Shown here piece after piece: positions 26,579-32,000 of a stretch of DNA of 32,000 nt. This stretch comes from Saccharolobus solfataricus (GTDB lineage: Archaea; Thermoproteota; Thermoprotei_A; Sulfolobales; Sulfolobaceae). The notes beneath the pieces were generated by a model that had not been told where the DNA came from, searched no databases, and saw only the letters and a program-made list of their open reading frames with translations. Within the stretch, counting starts at the first letter, position 1. Each line of letters opens with the position of its first letter. Position numbers and translations under genes: made by a program. The stretch covers positions 3,002,025-3,034,024 of the forward strand of contig NZ_LT549890.1 of the NCBI RefSeq assembly GCF_900079115.1. The letters are read 5' to 3'.

Positions 26579-27535
26579 TTGACACTACTGCTAAAAGAGA
26601 ATGATGTAATAAATTTACTGGATTACAAACAAATTTATGGAGCGTTAGTTAATGCATTTTTACTTTTTGAAAATAAATTTGCAATAAATTTAGAAAGAAG
26701 TAGAATCTCGTTTCACGGAACTACACTTACGTTTCAAGCAGCAGGTATGGAAAATTACATTGGATATAAAACTTTCATTTCAGGTAACCATTTGACGTTT
26801 CTATATGACACCTCTGGTAACTTACTAAGCATAATAGAGTCTGATAGACTTTCACAAGCTAGAACTGCTGTTTTATCAATTCTCGCCACAGATTACGTTT
26901 ATGGAGATTTTTCCTCTCTAGGAGTAATTGGTTTGGGAAAATATGGCCTAGCGATTGTTGAGATAGCAAACCAATTAAAGAAAGGAATTAAAATTAATGT
27001 TTTCACTCCTTCACAACAACGAATGGAAAAGGCTCTATCGATATTAAGAGGTGAAGGTATAGATGTCTCACCGAAAGATTCAATTAAAAGAGTTTGTGAA
27101 GAAAGCGAAGTTGTAACGACAATAACTAAAGCTAAGGATCCGTTTTTGAAATTAGAATATGTAAATAATAAGAGAATACACATTAATGCAATGGGTTCCA
27201 ATATACCAGAAAAGATTGAGATTTTCCCAGAGGTAATAAAAGCGTCAAATTTGATTGTGGTCGAGGAACTAGAGCAGAGTTTAAAAGAATCCGGCGAGTT
27301 AGTCATCGCAAAGAGGATGGGAATGTTAGATATGAGTAAGATAACTCTCTTGTCATGGATATTATCTAGAAAGATTAACGTACAGAAAGAGGGAATAACC
27401 ATTTTTAAATCTGTAGGTATAGGTCTTGAAGATTTAGCGGTAGGGAAACTCATCTATGAAAAAGCTTTAAGCAAAGGTTTAGGTACTGAAATAGAGGTAA
27501 AGGGAGTTTGGTATCGAGAATCGGAAAAGAAATAG
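26579..27535 (+). CDS. Ornithine cyclodeaminase / mu-crystallin family NAD(P) enzyme
   Basis: 318 aa, TTG start. QARTAVLSILAT motif and Rossmann VIGLGKYG typical of the OCD/alanine dehydrogenase (archaeal type) family. Confidence 0.8.
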   Translation: MTLLLKENDVINLLDYKQIYGALVNAFLLFENKFAINLERSRISFHGTTLTFQAAGMENYIGYKTFISGNHLTFLYDTSGNLLSIIESDRLSQARTAVLSILATDYVYGDFSSLGVIGLGKYGLAIVEIANQLKKGIKINVFTPSQQRMEKALSILRGEGIDVSPKDSIKRVCEESEVVTTITKAKDPFLKLEYVNNKRIHINAMGSNIPEKIEIFPEVIKASNLIVVEELEQSLKESGELVIAKRMGMLDMSKITLLSWILSRKINVQKEGITIFKSVGIGLEDLAVGKLIYEKALSKGLGTEIEVKGVWYRESEKK

Positions 27536-28650
27536 AGATTTCACCAGTCGAATTAGGATCACAAATAGCTAAAAGAGTTAAAATTAACATGGCCAGCGGG
27601 ACGCCGGATCCTAGGAAAATGCCAATAAAGGAAATTAAAGATGCATATAGTGAAGTCTTGAACGAACTAGGTCCGAAGGTATTATTTTACCCCGGAGCTG
27701 GAGGACAAGAAGAGCTCATACGAGAGATAGAAGATAAATTCTTGAGTGTTCTAAACTTAACTAAGAGGAAAGATGAGAAAATAGTTGTAACAAGTGGAGC
27801 ACAACATGCCATGGAATTGCTAGGCAAATACTTCCTAGAGAACGATGTTATAGCTGTTGAGAATCCAACTTTCATAGAAACTTTTAACGCACTAAAATTG
27901 AGAAGTTCCTCTGTAATTCCAATATCTTTGGATCCCTCAGGGATTGATGTAAATGAGCTCGAAACCTTACTGAAAGTTGTGAAGATTAGATTATTATATG
28001 TTATTCCAAATTGTCATAACCCTGCCGGAGTTAACATGTCTGAATGTAGAAGAAAGAGACTAATTGAATTGGCCGAGAAATACGACTTCTATATTATAGA
28101 GGATGATCCATATAGACCAATAGCGGGGGAAACTCCACAACCGATAAAGAACTACGACAATAACGGCAGAGTAATATACGTTAGTAGCTTCAGTAAAATA
28201 ATAGCACCAGGATTAAGAGTGGGATTCCTCATAGCAAAGGAAGATATAGCTGAAAAAATTAGCTTAATGGAACAATTAGACTTCTCTACATCGACCATAA
28301 ACCAATATGTAGTGGCTAGATTATTAAGAAAGGGGGTTGTAACTGAAAGATCAAAAGAGCTTTATGAGCATTATAAAAGTAAGATGAAGATATTAGTAGA
28401 CTCTCTCGTAGATAAAGGATTAGACAAGTTTAATGAACCTAAGTGTGGTTTCTTTCTGCTCCTAGATGTTGGAAAAGATAGTTGGAACGTTTTTCATAAG
28501 GCTGTAGAAAAAGGCCTAAGTTTTGTTCCAGCAAAACCTTTCTTTTTGAGAGGAGGAGATACCATGGCAAGACTGAGCGTGTCAGTTGCGACTAAAGAAG
28601 AAATAATTGAGGGAGTCAAAATCCTTAATGAAGTCATAAGAAATATTTAA
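27508..28650 (+). CDS. Class I/II PLP-dependent aminotransferase
   Basis: 380 aa, TTG start overlapping the OCD gene by 28 nt. PLP-lysine motif SSFSKIIAPGLRVGF. CHNPAGV and NPTF motifs. Confidence 0.85.
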   Translation: MVSRIGKEIEISPVELGSQIAKRVKINMASGTPDPRKMPIKEIKDAYSEVLNELGPKVLFYPGAGGQEELIREIEDKFLSVLNLTKRKDEKIVVTSGAQHAMELLGKYFLENDVIAVENPTFIETFNALKLRSSSVIPISLDPSGIDVNELETLLKVVKIRLLYVIPNCHNPAGVNMSECRRKRLIELAEKYDFYIIEDDPYRPIAGETPQPIKNYDNNGRVIYVSSFSKIIAPGLRVGFLIAKEDIAEKISLMEQLDFSTSTINQYVVARLLRKGVVTERSKELYEHYKSKMKILVDSLVDKGLDKFNEPKCGFFLLLDVGKDSWNVFHKAVEKGLSFVPAKPFFLRGGDTMARLSVSVATKEEIIEGVKILNEVIRNI

Positions 28651-29012
28651 CCAAATACAACTTCTTCTACTCTAGAAATAAAATCCTTTACTTGATTCTC
28701 ATAAAGTGGGATATCGTCTTCATCTACATTCCCACTTAAATAACAATCGTAGTGTAGGGTTAGCCCTAAGTTCCAATAATATTCTACCCAATCTCCCAAT
28801 ATACTAGATAACTCCTTTACAACCTCAGTTCTCGGTTTATCTTGTAAAGAGAAATAATAACTGAGCAGTTTTATTCCAGCATTTATTGCTTCATATAACA
28901 TTTCGCATACTACAATTGGTGAATTAACTGTATTACTGAGATCATAGTAGAATTTTGACGTTGATATAAAATATGTATAAAATTCCTTTTTAGACTCATT
29001 TAATGTTTCCAC
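28647..29012 (-). CDS. Hypothetical all-helical protein, possibly PaREP1/HEPN-like
   Basis: 121 aa. Helical pattern with ...AINAGIKLL... and ...LTLHYDCYLSGN... resembles my memory of the archaeal PaREP1 family. No catalytic RxxxxH seen. Confidence 0.4.
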   Translation of the reverse strand: METLNESKKEFYTYFISTSKFYYDLSNTVNSPIVVCEMLYEAINAGIKLLSYYFSLQDKPRTEVVKELSSILGDWVEYYWNLGLTLHYDCYLSGNVDEDDIPLYENQVKDFISRVEEVVFG

Positions 29013-29102
29013 GATATTATACTTATACAGTATTATTTTAAAAAGTAAACGTCATGCTACTACGCTTTTATAAAGGTTTATGGTAAAGATATAAAAGGAA
29101 TC

Positions 29103-29456
29103 ATGAAGCTAATTTATTTCTCACTTCTCTTAACCGCTGTATCCCTATTAATAGGAAGTATAATGCTATTTAATACTGTACCAAGAATTTTCACAATCGG
29201 TACATTAGCTATAGTGATGTTTCTGATTGCGTCCTTGTTTTTAATTAATAAATATAATTTCTTAACTTATATATTATTCGTATTAGCAATATTAGCTATA
29301 ATTATATCCTCTTCTTCCGGAGCACATGTACAAGCTTTTAGAGAATTTGGCGAATCCTTATACATCACAGCTCTGGATATTTTAATGATCTTAGGTTTCT
29401 ATGTAGGGCCAATCCTATACATAGTAGCGTTCCTTAAAGATAATTTAAAAAGGTAA
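29103..29456 (+). CDS. Small integral membrane protein (about 4 helices), function unknown
   Basis: 117-aa ORF that is almost entirely hydrophobic. TATA-like TTTTATAAA ~35 nt upstream. Confidence 0.5.
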   Translation: MKLIYFSLLLTAVSLLIGSIMLFNTVPRIFTIGTLAIVMFLIASLFLINKYNFLTYILFVLAILAIIISSSSGAHVQAFREFGESLYITALDILMILGFYVGPILYIVAFLKDNLKR

Positions 29457-29476
29457 GAGTAATATAATTTAATTCT

Positions 29477-29947
29477 GTGGAAGTTATAGATCCGCATGCG
29501 AGAGTAGCAGATTTAGTGGGACTTTTGTACTCTTTAGAAAACACGTTTAATGGTAAGACAGATCTATACATGCTAGAAAAGGAGATGGAAGTGGATTTAG
29601 ACGATTTAATGCCAATAGTGTATACTGCAAATTCCTTAGGTTTCATAACAGTAGGTGAGGGAGATATTATAATAACCGATAAAGGAATTGAGTTCCTTAA
29701 ATCGAATCTTAAGAGAAGAAAAGAAATCATCAAAGATTCAATAAAGAAAATTGAACCATTTAAAACAACGTTAGAATTGAAGTATTTTACGATAGAAGAA
29801 CTAAAATATGTTCTAGAAAAGAAAGGAATTCAAGTTTACAATAGCCCAGAGGGTCTTTATGACTTACAGATCACTTTAGTTGAATGGGGAGTTTATTCTG
29901 GATTGCTGAAAAAGGAAGGAGAGAGGTTTATTGTAGTTACGACTTAG
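29477..29947 (+). CDS. Stand-alone 'AAA-associated C-terminal domain'-like protein (wHTH-like), function unknown
   Basis: 156 aa, GTG start. LVGLLYSL...GKTDLYMLEKEMEVDLDDLMPIVYTANSLGFITVGEGDIIITDKGIEFL resembles the domain found at the C-terminus of NitT/TauT-type ABC ATPases. Confidence 0.55.
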   Translation: MEVIDPHARVADLVGLLYSLENTFNGKTDLYMLEKEMEVDLDDLMPIVYTANSLGFITVGEGDIIITDKGIEFLKSNLKRRKEIIKDSIKKIEPFKTTLELKYFTIEELKYVLEKKGIQVYNSPEGLYDLQITLVEWGVYSGLLKKEGERFIVVTT

Positions 29948-29994
29948 CGTAATGCTAGAGAAGTATAAAAATAAAATTAAACAAAAAGTGTCTT

Positions 29995-30738
29995 ATGGAA
30001 AAAGAAAAGGGAGAGGAGCTAGTTCATTACATTCACGAAGCTGACATATTTAGGACTAAGGTCTTCGGTATACAAGACGGTTTAATAGGAGTAGGCGCAA
30101 TAGCGTTAGGAGCTGCCGGATTTTCCCATGATGCAATCGCAGTACTAGTAGCTGGTTTAATTGCAACAATCGGACAGGCGTTCTCTATGGGAATTGGGGA
30201 ATATATTAGCACTAGAGTTAGAATGCAAGTTATTCAGAACGAGATAAGAAAGGAAAAATATCAGTTAAAGAAGTTCCCCGAAATGGAAAAACAAGAACTG
30301 GTTAATTTTTACATGAAGAAGGGTTTTACTAAAGAAGTTTCAGAAAAAATAGCTGATTACTTGCTCAAAAATGAAGACGTAGCGTTGGAGGAAATGTTAA
30401 TGCATGAACTTAAAGTATTCCCAGAGGAGTTTGAGCGCCCAGTTAAGCTCGGTTTCCTCATGTCCTTTTATTTAATATTTGGAGGTCTTATACCAGTATT
30501 TCCATTTGCAATAAGTACCTACTTAAAGCAATTCGGGTTCAACTTTGCGTTAATTACCTCAATATTACTAGTAATCTTAACTCTTGGGATATTTGGCATA
30601 TTAGGTACCAAGTACACTGGATTGAGTAAGCCGAGAGGAGCCCTAGAGCAAATAGGTACTGGATTGATAGCATTAATGGGAAGCTACCTAGCTGGAGTTA
30701 TATTAGCGCATTTTATACCGATTTCATACTTACCTTAA
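29995..30738 (+). CDS. VIT1/CCC1-family iron/manganese transporter
   Basis: 247 aa. [10 protein letters not shown] and GEYIS motifs. Cytoplasmic metal-binding helical insert ([11 protein letters not shown]...EEMLMHEL) between TM2 and TM3. Confidence 0.85.
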   Translation: MEKEKGEELVHYIHEADIFRTKVFGIQDGLIGVGAIALGAAGFSHDAIAVLVAGLIATIGQAFSMGIGEYISTRVRMQVIQNEIRKEKYQLKKFPEMEKQELVNFYMKKGFTKEVSEKIADYLLKNEDVALEEMLMHELKVFPEEFERPVKLGFLMSFYLIFGGLIPVFPFAISTYLKQFGFNFALITSILLVILTLGIFGILGTKYTGLSKPRGALEQIGTGLIALMGSYLAGVILAHFIPISYLP

Positions 30739-31661
30739 CCGTCTCCTGCATTTAACAAATTAGCTAATCCTCTTGGTATCTTAGCCGGCCTATTATCTTC
30801 CTTATATAACTCTTTTCTTCTAGCTTCCAATATTAATGGCTCCAAGTTCAAATATTCAGCAGCTGTAGTCACTCTTACACCTAGGTCCTTAGCAATATCG
30901 TGAACTGGTTTTAGAACTTGAGCGTAGTTGATGTCCCTTAAGACGTGGTGATCGATAATTACAGTTTCTAATCCATTCTTAATTATTTCCTCCATATTCC
31001 TAATTGAGTTCTCTAGTTCTTCTTCTTTTAATGCTCTACCTAAAAGATAACTTAAAGGGCCGTCAATTATAATGACCGTAGGCATTTTTTCCTTTGTGAA
31101 CTTTAAATGTACGTCTTTTGGAGCCCCTTCTATATCAGATGTGAAAATAACTGTAGAGTCTTTATCACTTATTGCAACTTGGATCACGTAGCCTAATCTC
31201 TCATCAGCTCCATGTGGAACTGCTGGAGAGAAGGAGATAGTGGTAGTATTGAATTCAAAAGTTTTTCCGTCAGCTATTTCTATTTTTCTTGGTTTATCCT
31301 TTATGGATCGTAAGAATCTAGGAGCCCTCCTATACTTCTGGCTATTATTTATCATGTTCTGGGGATCTTTTAGAAACACTATCTTATTCTTATAGATATC
31401 CGTCGGTATAACGTATCCGGGATCATGATGATCATAATGATAGTGAGATACTACTATTACATCAACATCTTTGGCCACATCTACTAGAACTTTAGCTAAC
31501 TGAGTTAGTCTGTCTACTTCTCTTTGATGCGGGGGAAGATTGTATCTTCTTGGGGCTAAGGAAACAGCAGGATCTACTAGGACCCTAAGATCTTTCGTTT
31601 CGATTAATGTTGCTTGAGATCTTACACCTAAACTCTCAAATGCTATTGGAGTAATTTTCAT
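30735..31661 (-). CDS. Metallo-beta-lactamase-fold hydrolase (archaeal UPF0282 family)
   Basis: 308 aa. [10 protein letters not shown] (HxHxDH) zinc motif, with a later DHHV motif. Confidence 0.8.
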   Translation of the reverse strand: MKITPIAFESLGVRSQATLIETKDLRVLVDPAVSLAPRRYNLPPHQREVDRLTQLAKVLVDVAKDVDVIVVSHYHYDHHDPGYVIPTDIYKNKIVFLKDPQNMINNSQKYRRAPRFLRSIKDKPRKIEIADGKTFEFNTTTISFSPAVPHGADERLGYVIQVAISDKDSTVIFTSDIEGAPKDVHLKFTKEKMPTVIIIDGPLSYLLGRALKEEELENSIRNMEEIIKNGLETVIIDHHVLRDINYAQVLKPVHDIAKDLGVRVTTAAEYLNLEPLILEARRKELYKEDNRPAKIPRGLANLLNAGDG

Positions 31662-31687
31662 TTAAAAATACCTTATACCTTATGCAA

Positions 31688-31939
31688 TTAAAATCTAATA
31701 GTAGAAATGTCTAAGGTAATTTCTCTTAAATTTTTCCTTATATTTTCTATATCCATTTTAGCCATCCTGATTCCATAGTTGGTTCTTTTCTTTTCTATAT
31801 ATTTCCCTATGCCATATAAGGTAAACCCAGTTATGGTAGTTATATGAAATGGGTCATCAAGACCAAGAGCTATAAATCTTCCTACTCCTTGAATTATTCT
31901 TCCTCGTGGTTCATAGTCACCTAACAGTTCCTTAAACAT
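31688..31939 (-). CDS. Hypothetical small protein
   Basis: 83-aa ORF in the same orientation as the MBL gene and 27 nt upstream of it. No recognisable motif. Confidence 0.45.
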   Translation of the reverse strand: MFKELLGDYEPRGRIIQGVGRFIALGLDDPFHITTITGFTLYGIGKYIEKKRTNYGIRMAKMDIENIRKNLREITLDISTIRF

Positions 31940-32000
31940 ATATATATTATTGATTTCTAGGGTTAAAAGAGATTAGGACATCAGAAAAGTATGACGATAA

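Noticed and set aside
26899-27453. 184-aa antisense ORF inside the OCD-family gene
   Set aside because: It is long but lies opposite a gene with clear family motifs, and its translation is Ser/Ile/Phe-rich with no motif.
27687-27875. 62-aa antisense ORF in the aminotransferase gene
   Set aside because: Shadow ORF.
29434-29733. 99-aa minus-strand ORF overlapping the 29103 and 29477 genes
   Set aside because: It competes with a plus-strand ORF that has a recognisable domain, and its translation is low-complexity.
31091-31112. CTTTGTGAACTTTAAATGTAC resembling the IS left inverted repeat
   Set aside because: It lies inside the conserved MBL-hydrolase coding sequence and has no partner repeat or duplication, so it is a chance match.
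1-32000. CRISPR arrays, rRNA genes, prophage or conjugative-plasmid modules
   Set aside because: I saw no regularly spaced direct repeats, no rRNA-like G+C-rich multi-hundred-nt blocks, and no integrase, capsid or conjugation genes among the translated ORFs.

Overview
AT-rich (about one-third G+C by eye), gene-dense archaeal chromosome. It has very short or absent 5' leaders with TATA-like boxes about 25-30 nt upstream of start codons, and Sulfolobales-type insertion sequences, so it is most consistent with a Saccharolobus/Sulfolobus solfataricus-like genome. All product calls come from motif recognition in the supplied translations; no searches were run. Most of the window is housekeeping or metabolic. 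This includes tRNA(Met) cytidine acetyltransferase TmcA with a small MazG, gamma-glutamyltranspeptidase, a BadF/BadG-type hexokinase with a sugar nucleotidyltransferase, and an APC permease. It also includes a GT-C glycosyltransferase, an archaeal class I FBP aldolase, a Wzx-like flippase, a CBS protein, HtpX, GMP synthase subunit B and the cobalamin late-step genes cobQ/cobS/cbiB. The remainder comprises a Zn-ADH, a second small M48-like peptidase, an orphan Mo-hydroxylase large subunit, a PUA protein, a Dpm1-like GT2, a wHTH regulator divergent from an ornithine-cyclodeaminase/aminotransferase pair, a VIT1 transporter and a UPF0282 MBL hydrolase. The accessory content is a mobile-element layer with three parts. 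(1) A complete ~1.06 kb IS5-family element (ISC1058-like) with imperfect terminal inverted repeats and an AT-rich target-site duplication that coincides with a host TATA box. (2) Two ~125-135 bp non-autonomous MITEs (5458-5592 and 16011-16136) that share termini and subterminal sequence with that IS and have their own 8-9 bp duplications. (3) A decayed IS200/IS605-type tnpB (RNA-guided nuclease family) whose RuvC/Zn-finger half and structured 3' end are still intact. The least-explained signal is a ~190 bp G+C-rich island (7098-7290, ~58-60% G+C by hand count) packed with three strong hairpins, lying just upstream of the tnpB remnant. It could be a structured RNA, an orphan omega-RNA-like IS remnant, or a small protein. 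I found no CRISPR array, rRNA or convincing tRNA.
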